Shown here: piece after piece, positions 22,798-36,956 of the stretch | Numbering within the stretch: position 1 is the stretch's first letter | Layout: each line of letters opens with the position of its first letter | Origin: Octopus bimaculoides | Lineage: Eukaryota | Length of the DNA: 64,000 nucleotides | Direction: 5' to 3' | Assembly: GCF_001194135.2 (NCBI RefSeq) | Contig: NC_068986.1 | Coordinates: 11,404,959 to 11,468,958, forward strand | Translations under genes and position numbers: made by a program | Notes under the pieces: model-generated | What the model was told of the DNA's origin: nothing | What the model saw: only the letters and a program-made list of their open reading frames with translations | The model's database searches: none

Positions 22798-23315
22798 ATG
22801 AAAAAGGAATTCAATATTCTTTTCTACTCTAGGCACAAGGCCCAAAATTTTTGGGGAGGGGGTCAGTTGATTAGATCGACCCCAGTACACAACTGGTACT
22901 TAATTTATCGACCCTGAAAGGATGAAAGGTACAGTCGACCTCGGTGGAATTTGAACTCAGAACATAAAGACAGACAAAATACCACTAAGCATTTGGCCCG
23001 GCGTGCTAACATTTTTGCCAGCTCGCCACCTTTAATGAATTCAATATTGTCNNNNNNNNNNATGAAAAAGGAATTCAATATTCTTTTCTACTCTAGGCAC
23101 AAGGCCCAAAATTTTTGGGGAGGGGGTCAGTTGATTAGATCGACCCCAGTACACAACTGGTACTTAATTTATCGACCCTGAAAGGATGAAAGGTACAGTC
23201 GACCTCGGTGGAATTTGAACTCAGAACATAAAGACAGACAAAATACCACTAAGCATTTGGCCCGGCGTGCTAACATTTTTGCCAGCTCGCCACCTTTAAT
23301 GAATTCAATATTGTC
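22798..23315. other. Exact 254-bp tandem duplicate around a 10-N gap (unmerged contig overlap); contains a family B SINE
   Basis: 22798-23051 equals 23062-23315; N at 23052-23061. Confidence 0.85.
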
Positions 23316-23610
23316 ACCAAATATTTTTCCTTTGGGATAATACTGAACAGCTGTGTTAATTAATTATATTGATTTACTCATTTTTTTAACATGAGATAAA
23401 AAGGAAGGAATTAAATTAAAACAAAAATGAATAAATGTTTTACTAAAAAACAAAAACTAAGTGAAAAGGTATATAGGAAGGTTTTGGTAGATAATGTTGT
23501 TTAAAAGTTTTGAAGAAATGTTAAAATGATCAAGAAGGAAGAATATTTTAGTGCAATATGTTGCATGTATGTGCTTCCATAACTTACGAGCTATTTATCT
23601 ATACACACGT

Positions 23611-23657
<47 letters not shown>

Positions 23658-24150
23658 CACTCTTGTACATTTATATATGCATGATGGAACAAAATAGTAT
23701 GATTGAAAAAGTACATAAGAATGATTTGAGATCATATGACAATAGAAGAAATACATATCTATAATTCAGTGTTATATTTATAGCAGGGACATATAATATT
23801 ATGTTTAAAATAAAAAGAAAGCTACAGAGGGAAGCTAAAGAGTCGGTAGAGGCTGTTCTCGATTATTGATTAAAATCTGTAACATACATGAGAAAGATTT
23901 GCTGGCCAGGTGCAAAATTATTCAGAGAGAGAGAGAGAGAGAGAGAGGCGGGGTAAGAGGGAGTATGTTGGTAGTCACTATGAAGTTGTTGTCTCTTTCA
24001 TTCGCTTTGTTTTGTATCTGTGAAAGTTGACAGTGCTGCCATTTATATTATGAATTTTTTCCTTCCCTTGTAAGTCCTCCAGAAAGTAATTTCAGAGTTG
24101 AGGTTCCATCTGAGATTGCAAGTTGCATGGTGCTGTGTTTTAAAAAACAC

Positions 24151-24537
24151 NNNNNNNNNNNNNNNNNNNNNNNNNNNNNNNNNNNNNNNNNNNNNNNNNN
24201 NNNNNNNNNNNNNNNNNNNNNNNNNNNNNNNNNNNNNNNNNNNNNNNNNNNNNNNNNNNNNNNNNNNNNNNNNNNNNNNNNNNNNNNNNNNNNNNNNNNN
24301 NNNNNNNNNNNNNNNNNNNNNNNNNNNNNNNNNNNNNNNNNNNNNNNNNNNNNNNNNNNNNNNNNNNNNNNNNNNNNNNNNNNNNNNNNNNNNNNNNNNN
24401 NNNNNNNNNNNNNNNNNNNNNNNNNNNNNNNNNNNNNNNNNNNNNNNNNNNNNNNNNNNNNNNNNNNNNNNNNNNNNNNNNNNNNNNNNNNNNNNNNNNN
24501 NNNNNNNNNNNNNNNNNNNNNNNNNNNNNNNNNNNNN
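24151..24537. other. Assembly gap (others at 25222-25231, 30035-30518, 42644-43394, 60200-60244)
   Basis: Runs of N, mostly bordered by microsatellites. Confidence 0.99.
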
Positions 24538-25190
24538 CTCCTCTTCATCATCATCATCATCATCATTATCCCTGCCACCACCATCATCATCACCACCACC
24601 ACCATCTAATATCTTTGTTCTTTGCTGACATGGGTTAGAGGGTTTGATAGGATTCAGTGGGTCAGAGGACTGCATTATGCTCCATGGTTTCTCCTGCTGC
24701 ATGTTCTTCCTAATGTCAACCGCTGTGCTTTTTTTTTTTTATTCCACCAGCACTAGTGAAGTTGCCATGCAGGTTGAGGCTGTGTGTGTGTGTATGTGCA
24801 TCTGCCTTTGTGTTTGTCCTCCCCATCAATTGATACTCACAGTTGGTTTGTTTATAACCCTGTAACCTAGCAGTTTGGCAAAAGAGACCAATAGAAAAAG
24901 TACCAGGCTTTAAAAACAAAGGCAAGTTCTAGGATCAATTTGTTTGGGTAAAACTTCCTAGCTGGTACCCCAGCATGGCTGCAGTCCAATGACTGAAACA
25001 AGTAGAAGATAATAGTTGTGTGGTTTAGCTTCGATGACATGTTTCTCCTTTAGAGAAAAGAGAAAAGAAATTCTTGGAAAATTGATGCAAATTAATGCAG
25101 GCATTTAAATAATAATTATCTATCATTTGTTTATATATAGTTAACATATATATTAATAGTTTCCATCATAAAGAATTAGAGTATTGTGTG

Positions 25191-25221
<31 letters not shown>

Positions 25222-25231
25222 NNNNNNNNNN

Positions 25232-25269
<38 letters not shown>

Positions 25270-26907
25270 AATTACTAAGTAAAGACAAAGGGCATAGCAC
25301 TTCAACTCTTTGTGTGATATTATTTCAACAATGGCACTTGATAGCTACATAACAATATTTATATGTATTACTAACGGTGCATATATTTTATGTGCTACAA
25401 GTAATATATTTCCTCATTTATTTTAAATAGTAAATTTTAATTGCGCTGAATATATTATGCTTTACATAAAGTTATACACTGGTTAAACTTGATGTGTTGA
25501 TAATACGTAACGTGATAAATTATCAAATTTTTGCCTTGCCTAAATGAATCTGATTTGATGAATGGATTTTAACGTAGGAGATAGATATAACAACTAAATC
25601 AGTATGCACTTGTGATGACAATGATGACGATGGTTTTAGAATCGGTTTCTTGCTTCTGTATTGATTCATTTGTCAGGCAGAAGTGGCTGTGTGGTAAGAA
25701 GCTTGCTACCCGACGACATGGCTCTGGGTTCGGTCCCACTGCGTGGTACCTTAGACAAGTGTTTTCTATAGCTTCAGGCTGACCAAAGCTTTGGGAGTGG
25801 ATTTGGTAGATGGAAACTGAAAGGAGCCTGTCGTGTGTATGTATGTATGTATGTATGTATATATATATATGCATATATTTGTGTGTGTCTGTGTTTGTCC
25901 TTCCACCATTGCTTGACAACCGATGTTGGTGTGTTTACATCTCTGTAACTTAGCAGTTCGACAAATGAGACTGGTAGAATAAGTACCAGCATGGCCACAA
26001 TCAGATGACTGAAACAAGTAAAAGAAAGAATAAAAGAATATATTAATTTCTGATAACAATTGTGAAGCTGTTGGTGTGTTGTTATGATATTTGCTTCCCT
26101 ACCCTACAGTTTTAGGTTCAATCCCACTGCGTGGCACCTCGAGAAAGTATCTGCTATCATAGCCTTGGGTTGGTTGAAGTCTTGGGAGTGAATTTGATAG
26201 ATGAAACTGAAAGAAACCTGTCTTTTGTGTGTGTGTCTGTGTGAGGCTGTGTGTGGTAGTTGTAAATGAGTTCCACTGTTATACAAGAAGTGCCATGCTT
26301 TCATTTCCAGTCTGCTGTAAAAACGTGTCTGAGCGAGGGAAAATATTACCTCGCTTGGAAACAGGCGAGGGTTGGTAACCGGAAGGGCATCCAGCTGTAA
26401 AAACTCTGTTTCATTAAAGTCCATTCAACCCATGCAAGCATAGAAAAGTAGATGTTAAAATGGTGTTGATGAATTGTACCGTTATTAAACAAATTTCCCT
26501 GTCATCAGAATTTTGCTTCTTCTCATAGAATGAACATCTGTTTACTTGCAACTGCTTAAAGTCTATGAATTCTTTAGTTGTTATGAATCCTTCTCAGTTT
26601 ACTGTCACTTCACCAGAAGCAAATCAGAAAGAGATGAAGTAGACCCATCCATCATTTCATAAATGAATGCTGCTATTTATTATCTTCACATTTTACTTAG
26701 AAACATTTCAGAAGAGCAAATTAATGTTTTCTAAACAAATTGTTTTATATAGAATTTTTAGCAGTAGTTTTTTTTTTTTTATATCTACTTTGGAATTTAA
26801 TTAATGATTAATGACTTAATATCCTAATTTAATTTATCTTTAAGATTGCAATTGTTGTTGAATTTTACCTTCGTCAGTTGCCTTCTAATAATATTGTCAG
26901 TAAGGAA

Positions 26908-27135
26908 AGGTACATGGTCTAGTGGTTAGGGTGTTGCCCTCGTGATTGTAAGATCATGATTTCAATTCCTGGACCAAGCAATGCATTGTGCTCTTGAGCA
27001 AAACACTTTACTTCACGTTGCTCCAGCTCACTCTGCTCTAAATGAGTCTCCCTGTGATGGACTGGTGTCCAGTTCAGGGGGGAATATTGTGATTGACCTC
27101 TGCCACTTAAGATGCCATGGAAACCAGGCAACCAA
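26908..27135 (+). mobile_element. tRNA-derived SINE, family G
   Basis: TGGTCTAGTGGTTAGGGTGTT head, TTGTGCTCTTGAGCAAAACACTTTACTTCACGTTGCTCCAG central domain and GATGGACTGGTGTCCAGTTCAGGGG. Confidence 0.7.
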
Positions 27136-28520
27136 TGTTAGAAGTCCTGGAATATGAGACAGAAATGTCCAGGGACTACCTTATTGTCAGTAAAATATGG
27201 GTGTCTGGGAGTCATAAAAATGGCAATTCTATAATAATAAATGTGAAAATGAATTTCTGTGTGTCAGTGTGTCACACTTTAACTCCCCGCCCTCTCTCAC
27301 TATTCAATGACACTTCTATTATTCCTCATGTTGCGGTGAGAGTAATAGTAGGCATAGAGACGGTGAGGGCAGTAGTAGATTGATGGTTGTGATGGTAATG
27401 GGGTGATAGTAATAGTATGAGCTGTAGTTGTGATAGAGGCGATGATGGTGCTGGTGGTGGTGGCAGCTGAGGTGGTCAGAGATGATGGTGATAGTAAGCA
27501 ATGTGAAAGTGGTGATGGTTGTGGAGGGGAAGGCGGCAAAGTCAAAGGTATTGATGGTGGTGGCATGCGAAGTCTGAATGTTGTGTGTATGGCAGCTGTG
27601 GTGGCAATGGTACTGGTGATGGTTAAAAACAATCAACAGAAAAAGAGAGAGAGAGAGAAAGAAAGAGGTTAGATAGAAAAAAAAATTGTACTGACCCCTG
27701 AATGGGAAGACATTCTATAGAAGAAGATGCTTGCCCAAGGTGCTTTGCAGTGAGACTAAACTTGGAACCATGTGGGTTGGAAGCCACCATCTTAGCTTAC
27801 AATCATGCCTGCACCTATGAGAATAAAAATAATGTAAAATGATTAAATAGCAAAATAACAATGGTGTTTGATAAAGTAATGTTTTATAGTGGAATTGATA
27901 AAGAGGTTAACTGTGTTTGAAATCTTAGAAGGATTATAGTAGAACAAATTGAATTGTCATTTAAAAAAAAAAATTTTAATTTAAGGAAGAGATGGGGGTT
28001 AAGTCTATTGCAGTGATCTCCTAACTTCCTAAAGTGATTAAACACTGCAGAGTGACTGCCACTTGTCTCCTCAGGAAAGGTGTTGATGTTACAGTTGGCT
28101 GCACCCAACCAGCAACCAACCAACCAACCACCCACTACATGTAGCTAATCTGATTGTTGACTAACCTTCAAAGACATTTGTTAATGTGATTCTCCATCAA
28201 GCAAAAGCACTTTTAGGTTTTTAGGCAAGCCATAACTTTGTTTATTTGAGTCCACCTGAATCTAAAAATTGGTTCTACTCCAACATCAAGATTAATTGGT
28301 TAGTCTCAGGAAGGACTCTTTGTAAAATAGTTACAGCATAATTATGTTGACTGTCCACACTGTCTCACATACTAGAAAGAATCATTACTGAAGGCTGGTT
28401 TGGATGTCATGTTTCTTACAGTTGCTTGAGAGACATTATTTTACACACACACATACACACACACACACACACTCACACGCGCGTGCATGTGTTTATCTAT
28501 CTATCTGTCTGTCTGTATCT

Positions 28521-28590
28521 CTCTATCTCTCAATTGATCTCTCTATCTCTCAATCGATCTCTCTATCTCTCAATCGATCTCTCTATCTCT
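28521..28590. repeat. 20-bp minisatellite, 3.5 copies
   Basis: Unit CTCTATCTCTCAATCGATCT. Confidence 0.9.
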
Positions 28591-30644
28591 CTATGTCTCA
28601 CATTTATTTTTTACTTGTTTAGTCATTAGACTGTTGCCATTTCTGGGGCACCACCTTCAAAAATTTTGGTCTGATGAATTGGCCCCCAATACCTATTTAT
28701 TTTTGTAAAGCCTGGTACTTGTTCTGTCGGTCTCTTTTGCCGAACCACTAAGTTGCAAGGATGTAAATGCACCAACACTGGTTGTCAAGTGGTGGTGGGA
28801 GACAGACAGGCACACATATGCACACACACGACAGGCTTCTTTCAGTTTCCATCAACCAAATCCATTCACAAGGCTTTGGTCAACTCGAGGCTATAGTAGA
28901 AGACACTTGCCTAAGGTACCACACAGTGGGACTGAACCCAAATCCATGTGATTAGGAGGCAAACTTCTTACGACACAGCCATGCTTGTGCATATCTACAT
29001 ATATATAATCATTGTTTAATATCTGTCTTCCATGCTGTCAACAGGATCCACGAAACTAGGGGACCATGTTAAGCTCCTGTGTCTTTTGACATGGTTTCTG
29101 TGATTGAGTACCCTTCCTGATGCCAGACATTTTACAGAGGGCACCAGCACCAGTAAGGTCACCAAGTAACCTACAAGGCAAGGCTCCACGCAGATGAGTG
29201 GGTGGGTGCAGTATTGGAGGAGACAGCTTGACGCCAAACTGTTTAGTTACAGGGACATAAATTAACCAACACCAATTGTCAAGTGGTATGCAGGGGACAC
29301 ACGGACACACACATGGCAGGCTTTTATGTCATTTCCACCTACCATATTCACTTACAAGGCATTAGTTGGCCTGGGGCTATAATAGAAGACTCTTGCCCAA
29401 GGTGGCACACAGTGGGACTAAAACCAAAACCATGTGGCTGCAAAGTAAGTGTCTTAACCACGCAGCCATCCTTATGCTTGCAATCTTTAAAGATAGACAA
29501 GGATCTGTCTATTTACAATTTTGTGTATTTGGTAGTTTTATTTTATTCTTTATTTTTTTTAATCCACTTTTTAATAAAGAACTGGAGCCAAACCTAATTT
29601 CTTAGACCTTGATACTTTGTTATCATTGTGCAGGATTCTTGAATATTAATTTCTGAAATGTTTTTGACAAATACTGCACATATTTACACATTCTTGGTCA
29701 CTTCTACAAACATAGGAATTGGCATGAATCCAGTTCTTTCTTGATTGCAAGAACACCCCTCCCCCCACTCTCTTTCTTTCCTTCTGTCTAGCTCCTCACC
29801 TTTCTCTCTCACTAACTCACTCCCACTTTCTCTTTCACCCATCTCTCCCCTCCTCCTCTTCCTCTGCCTTCCTCTCTCCCCACTCCTTAAACTGTTCTCT
29901 TTTCTGTTTTGGTCACATTATTTCCCTCCTTTGTTTTGAGGCGAAAATTGTAGAAGTTGCAATAGAAATTTTATGGAAGAAAAATTATTTAAAGTTGCCT
30001 CTTCCTCTCCCTACCGTTTTCCTTTTTTATGGTCNNNNNNNNNNNNNNNNNNNNNNNNNNNNNNNNNNNNNNNNNNNNNNNNNNNNNNNNNNNNNNNNNN
30101 NNNNNNNNNNNNNNNNNNNNNNNNNNNNNNNNNNNNNNNNNNNNNNNNNNNNNNNNNNNNNNNNNNNNNNNNNNNNNNNNNNNNNNNNNNNNNNNNNNNN
30201 NNNNNNNNNNNNNNNNNNNNNNNNNNNNNNNNNNNNNNNNNNNNNNNNNNNNNNNNNNNNNNNNNNNNNNNNNNNNNNNNNNNNNNNNNNNNNNNNNNNN
30301 NNNNNNNNNNNNNNNNNNNNNNNNNNNNNNNNNNNNNNNNNNNNNNNNNNNNNNNNNNNNNNNNNNNNNNNNNNNNNNNNNNNNNNNNNNNNNNNNNNNN
30401 NNNNNNNNNNNNNNNNNNNNNNNNNNNNNNNNNNNNNNNNNNNNNNNNNNNNNNNNNNNNNNNNNNNNNNNNNNNNNNNNNNNNNNNNNNNNNNNNNNNN
30501 NNNNNNNNNNNNNNNNNNCAAAAAGGCTGTACAGCCAGACATTTATATGTATATATATATATATATATATATCTAGTGTATATGTATGTATATATGTGTA
30601 TATATATATATATATGTGTATATATGTACATATATACATATATA

Positions 30645-30935
30645 TAATCATCATTGTTTAACGTCCGTTTTCCATGCTCGCATGGGTTGGACGGTTTGAC
30701 TGAGGGCTGGCAAGCCAGTGGGTTGACCAGGCTCCACTCTGATCTGGCAAGGTTTCTACAGCTGGATATCCTTCCTAGCACCAACCACTCCGAGAGTGTG
30801 GTGGGTGCTTTTGATGTGCCACCGACACGGGAGCCAGTTAGGCGGCACTGGCATCGACCACATTCAGATGGTGCTCTTTATGTTTCACCGGCACAGGAGC
30901 CTGTCTGGGTCATTGGCTTCGACCACGTTTGGAAA
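30645..30935 (-). mobile_element. RTE LINE 3' UTR and tail
   Basis: Reverse complement of the 20940-21119 tail, with CpGs partly retained. Confidence 0.75.
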
Positions 30936-33900
30936 TCGACGTATATATATTTATATGTGTGTGTCTGTGTTTGTCTCTCCATCATCACTTTACAACTGAT
31001 GTTGGTGTGTTTATGTCCTCGAAACTCAGCAGTTCGGCAAACGAGACTGATAGTGTAAGTACTAGGCCTACAAAGAGTAAGTCCTGGGGTTGATTTCTTC
31101 AACTAAAGACATTGCTCCAGCATAGCCACAGTCAAATGACTGAAACGTGTCAAAAAAAAAATATTAGATTTGATAGAATAATGTGAATACTAAAGGTTTA
31201 AATATTCTTATGAAAACTAAGAACTAATGAAACTAAACTATAATTCTAGGAATATGTCTTCATTTCTATGGAAGCTGTGTTTCTAATACTAAGTTATTTC
31301 CTATAAATTATGACTGTCTCTGTATTGTATTATTGATAGCCACATTCTGCCTGCAAAGCTTAAGTAAAATAAAAACGATTTGCACAGATTGTTGCAGCAA
31401 GTGCTACTCGAGTTGTTTTTCTTTTCAGCTTCAGCTTTTTTAACAGTGAAGCATGAGAGGTAGCACTTCGTAGAAGCCAGTTGCTTACTTTGCCATTGGA
31501 TTAGCATTACAAAATTCTAGTAGAGCTTTTGTGAAGTAGAGGAAATTAAATAGATGCAGGCATGGTTGTGTGGTTAAGAAGCTCACTTTGCAACCACATA
31601 GTTTTGGGTTCAATCCCACAGCATGGCACTTCTACTATAGCCCTGGACTAACCAATACCTTGAGTAACTATAGAAGCCCATAGTATATGTGTGTGTGTGT
31701 GTGTTTGTACTCTTCTGCTTGTCAACTGGTATTGGTTTGTTTATGTCTCTTTAAATGAGCAGTTCAGCAAAATAGACTGATAGAATAAGTACCAGACTTT
31801 AAAGAAGTGCTAGGATCAATTTGAATAAAACTGCTCCTTTGAAATGAGTCGCTCTACGTCTTTTAGCTTCACATGATTGCATTAAGTATACAGAACCCCC
31901 AAGGACAAAGATCAAGAAGAATCTACAAATGTAGAGCTGGCACCCTCATCTAGTTAAACTGCTTAAAATTATCAATACCAGTGTTACTCTGTATCAAATT
32001 ATAGAAAAAGTTTAGTGTTGTATATTTTTTTTTTTACAATTTCGTTACCATCATTTGCCTACAAGGGTCGGATGGAGTTTATGGAGGCAGACTTTCTATA
32101 GCCAGATGTTCTTGTCGCCAACATTCACCCATTTCCAAGCAAGGTAATATTTCTACATGGTCAAACATGTTTTCACAGAATATTGGAAGTGAACAACACT
32201 GCTTGTATGACAGTGATGTCAAAATAAGGAAAAAACATGTACACACACATGAGTATGCGCACGCACACGTGTGCGTGCGTGCATGGCTTTCAGTTTCCAT
32301 CTAATAAACCCACTTTCAAGGCTTTGGTCAGCTCTGAACTATAGTAGAAAACACTTCTACCGTAGTATGACCCAGTAGTACCTTATGGGAAGCGAACTTC
32401 TTAACTATGCAGCCACATCTGTGCCTATTCATCCAACTGTTAAACACTCATCAGACAGACTGATGAAATAAGCAAACTCCGACCATCTGACCATGTGGTC
32501 CAGTGATCTAGCACCTTAATAATTACATTGTATATTCAACGAATTATAGTAGTTAATGTCACCTGCTTTTCAACCCTTTATTGGTTTTGTCTTCTTATTT
32601 CCTTTGCATTACGTTCTTCCTTATATAATGGTTATTGTATCTAATAAAGTGTAGTGGTGATTCTATTGAGTTTTGATTCCTAGTTTTGGTTATTTCGCTT
32701 GATCTATGTCACAAAAGCCTTTCTTTATCCCAATTACTTCTTCTCTAAAAATGATCTGTACATTATCATAAGATGTAAATAGGATTCATCTGAAATTGTT
32801 TGTGGGAAATGAAGTGATGTGTGTAGGGGGCAGACTGCAAGAGGAGGCATGTGTCAACTTTGAAATAGTTTAATGACTTTGAACAGCGAAAGGGCCAAAC
32901 ATAAAAGTGGTATAAGGTTCAATGGGGGAAAGAAATGGGTGTAACAAAGTTTGACTGTTGTTGATTTAAGCATTCCATGTATTTGAATATCTTTTTATCT
33001 TCAAACAGCAGACAAATAAATCATAAAAGTTTCAACTTGTAAATTCTGTAAATCTATCTACTTTTGAGTATTTTTATCAGTTTGGTACCAATTCTTGTTA
33101 CTTTCACTCACTTAGAAAGATACTGATATGATACTTAAATTTTGCTTAATTGGATCTGTTTCTGTTCTTCCAAAAAATGTTGTCTTTCTTTAATCCAAAC
33201 AGGTGTAACACTTATTGGGTTTGTGCACCATTATTACAAAGTTCGCTTAGATAAGTCTTGACTTCTTTGTCAAGCCCAAGTATATAATTTCCTCATAACA
33301 TAGTCTAGAGTTAAAGCAGTGTTGTACAAATGTAGATATTCATCTACAATTCAATAATTCTTTTTTCTTTTTTCAAATATTCTCTTTTGTTAAAACAAAT
33401 AGCAGAATAAAACAAGTCTGTCTGTGTGTTTACATCAGATGTTTAGCAATGTGCTACAACTAAGATATAATCGTTCTTGGGAACCTGAGCCAATGTACAA
33501 ATGTTCTTTTGGTATCTTTTCTTGTTAAATGAGATACCCTACGAGTTAAGATATCCAGTTTGCTTGAGCCCTTTTGATACCAACTAGCCTGAGACTATTT
33601 CGTTTATGATACAAATTACCTGTTTTAAAGTGATCTAAATTTCACCAAAGCTTAAAGTTATCATTAACGCTTTAGCATTTAAACTAGTCATATCTAGCAC
33701 TAATATTCTATTTGTTTTATGTTCAAACCAGCCAGATTCAACCTCTCAAATTACCCTACAATGTCATTCTTGAAATAAATGATTACGTCTTTGAAATCTC
33801 AAAGCTACAAGATAATCCATGATTAATTCAAAACAATGTGAATAAACAAGCATTACAGTTGACGAAAGGTTAATTTATGTTCCAAACACCTGTTTAATAA

Positions 33901-34164
33901 CAACAAAGTTGTTTTACTAAATTCTTCATTGCTTTGGAAAATTAATTGAAATAAAACACATTTATTTCAACAGAAACAGGGTAGTGAAATGATTAAACTA
34001 CATTTTGAACAGAATTCTTGCCGTAACCATCTTTAGTAGGTAAAGTTTAATATTTAAAGGGTGTGGTTATCTTTAAAAAGGGTTGCTTTTGAAAGGGCTA
34101 CTATATTGAAGGGAAACTTTATACATTGAAGCCTGTTTCCCACTTTAATAATAATAGATAATAA

Positions 34165-34915
34165 TAATGATAATGCATCAAATTTTAGCACAAAGTCAGC
34201 AGTTTTAAGGGGGTGGAATTAATTGATTATATCAACCCCAGTACTTGACTGGTACTTTATTTTATTGATCTTGCAAGGATGAAAGGTAAAGTTGATATCA
34301 GTAGAACTTGAGCTTGGAACATCAAGTGTTTGAAGAAATACCACCCACTGAGCATTTTGTCTGATTCACCAACTATTCTGCTAGCTTACTTCTTTAATCA
34401 TGATTATAATAAGTAAATAATAATAGTAACAAGGTGGTGAGCTGGCAGAAATGTTAGTGTGCCAGGTGAAATGCTTAGCAGTAGTTTGTCCATCTTTATG
34501 TTCTGAGTTCAAATTCCACCGAGATTGACTTTGCCTTTCATCCTTTCGAGGTCGATAAATTAAGTACCAGTTGCATACTGGATCGATCTAATCGACTGGC
34601 CCCTTCCCCCAAAATTTCAGGCCTTGTGCCTAGAGTAGAAAAGGATAATAATGATAACAATAATAATAATAATAATAATGATGATGATGATGGTTTTAAA
34701 TTTTAGCATAGGGCTAGCAGTTTTTGAAGGGAGGGAGAAGTCAGTTATATTGACCCCCCCCCCTCCAGTACTTGACAGGTACTTATTTAATCAACCTTGA
34801 AAAGATGAAAGGCAAAGTCAACCTTGACAGCATTTGAACTCGGAGCATAAATCTGGCCAAAATGTTGCCAAGCATTTTGTCTGGTGTGCTGACGGTTCTC
34901 TCAGCTTTTGCTGCT
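34165..34915. mobile_element. Three family B SINEs in minus/plus/minus orientation
   Basis: Plus copy 34431-34650 (AAGGTGGTGAGCTGGCAGAAA...GTTCTGAGTTCAAATTCC...TTGTGCCTAGAGTAGAAAAGGA) flanked by reverse-complement copies. Confidence 0.8.
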
Positions 34916-35936
34916 TCATAATGAAAATAACAATGTCATCTTTATGTCAAAAAAAATTTTCAAGTAGGTGTCAGCTGTCTACATGGAGCAAACACTGGCA
35001 TTTGATTGATACATAAAATTGTTTGATTATTGAATGTCTTTCTTGTTTCCAGCCTCTGAATACTGGGGCTTGAGATGCAACAGATTTTAGCCATTGCTCA
35101 AAAATTACAAAGGTTGTTATAGACCCTTCATTTAACATTTGTTTTTGTAGTACTAAGTTGTTTTGGTAAATCTCACCCACCCAATATGATGTTGGCAGTC
35201 TATTGCAAGTATCCCTTTCTGTTACTATTTGGCTCCTATTTTTTTTAGGAGAATTAGAAGTATCTTCTCAACACAAAATTCCTGCTATTGAATATCAATT
35301 TATGATATTGATCTCTTCGTCTATAAATCCTATTCTATTTTGCTGAGAGTCATGATAAGACAAACGCAGAATCATCACCATTGTTTTAATGTCCACTTTT
35401 GCATGCTCCATGGGCTGAATGGAATTTGTCCAGGCAGCTTTTCTATGGGTGGATGCCATTCCTGTCACCAACCCTCGCCTATTTCCGAGTAAGGTAATAT
35501 TTCCCCATGACCAGATTTGTCTTGGAAAATTGGAAATGAAGGATGTTGCTTGCATGACAGTAACACTTGTTACTGCATAGAAAAGAAGTGTATCAGATAA
35601 TAAACCTGGAATAATTAGACCAACGGGCCTTGTTCAGTAGGAGTGTCATGAGTGGGAGATATGGTTTAGCTCTTTATCTTGTTAACTGTTCTAATTTGTA
35701 ATGTCATAAGTAAACAGTTCCTACATGTAATCTGTTTAAAAAAGGGTTATTATTTATTGATCTCAAATTTGTAGACTTTTCATATGAATGGTTTGTTGTA
35801 GGTTTTCTCATATCTCTCTAGTTTTATGCTATTGATTGTTACAATGTTGGTTGTGGTATGGTTCAGAAACCACAGAAGATCATGTGTACATAAGCAACAC
35901 ACCTCTCTGGAAAATACACATGCAACACAATACACA

Positions 35937-35977
<41 letters not shown>

Positions 35978-36925
35978 TCGCGTGCGCGCACACATACACA
36001 CAAATGATGTGTGTAATTGACACTTGAAAGACTAGGTTAATGATGGAAAATTTCCACAACCCACTTAGATTGAGAATGTTAAAGTTATCCTCTGAAATCA
36101 ATTCATGAGAAAATTAAGTTCTTTTAGAATGAAATGTCTTCATTGCTTCCAGAAGACTTTATCCTTTCATCATCATCCTTATCATCATAGTCATTTAACA
36201 TCTCTTTCACGCTGGCATTAGTTGGACAATTTGAGTTACATTTTTGTGTGAATTTTGTTTTAATCACTTTGGACCACTTTCCTCCATTTTAGCCTTGTGA
36301 GTGGATTTGGTAGATGGAAACTGAAAGAAGCCTGTTGTGTGTGTGTGTGTTTGTACATGAGAGTGAGTAAGTTTGTGTGTGTTTTGTGTCTTCTCGTTTT
36401 GACGTTGCATCATAGTTGCCATTGTTTTACAAACAGTGTCATTCGTTTCCAACATTCTGTGAAAACCTGTTTGGCTGTAAGGAAATATTGCTTTACTTGG
36501 AAGCAAGTGTTGGTGATAGGAAGGGCATCTGGCTCTAGAAATCTGCTTCAGTAAACTCCATGCAAGCATGGAAAAGTGGTTATTAAAACGATGATGATAT
36601 CCAAACTACAGGCCATTGAGTTAGCAGAATTGGAAGGTTTTTGCAAGATACTTGGTAACCCTGTTGGTGCCACGTAAAAAGCACCCAATACACTCTGTAA
36701 AGTGGCAAGTGTTGGGAAGGGCATCAAACTGTTGAAACTATGCGGAAACAGACAACAGAAACTGGTGCAGCCTCTGTCAAACCACCCAACCCATGCCAAC
36801 ATGGGAAACAGATGTTGAATGATAATGATGATGAACGATGATTTAGTCCAATCTTTCTGCATTCTAAGTTACAATCCGAGATGCATTGAATGTATTTCAT
36901 CTCACTGTGTCTCATAGAGTATCAG

Positions 36926-36956
<31 letters not shown>

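Noticed and set aside
22798-23315. Exact 254-bp tandem duplication
   Set aside because: The copies abut a 10-N spacer, the usual signature of an unmerged contig overlap.
28000-28110. SHSAVFNHFRKLG, resembling a mariner HTH segment
   Set aside because: Too short, with no other transposase motifs or TIRs nearby.
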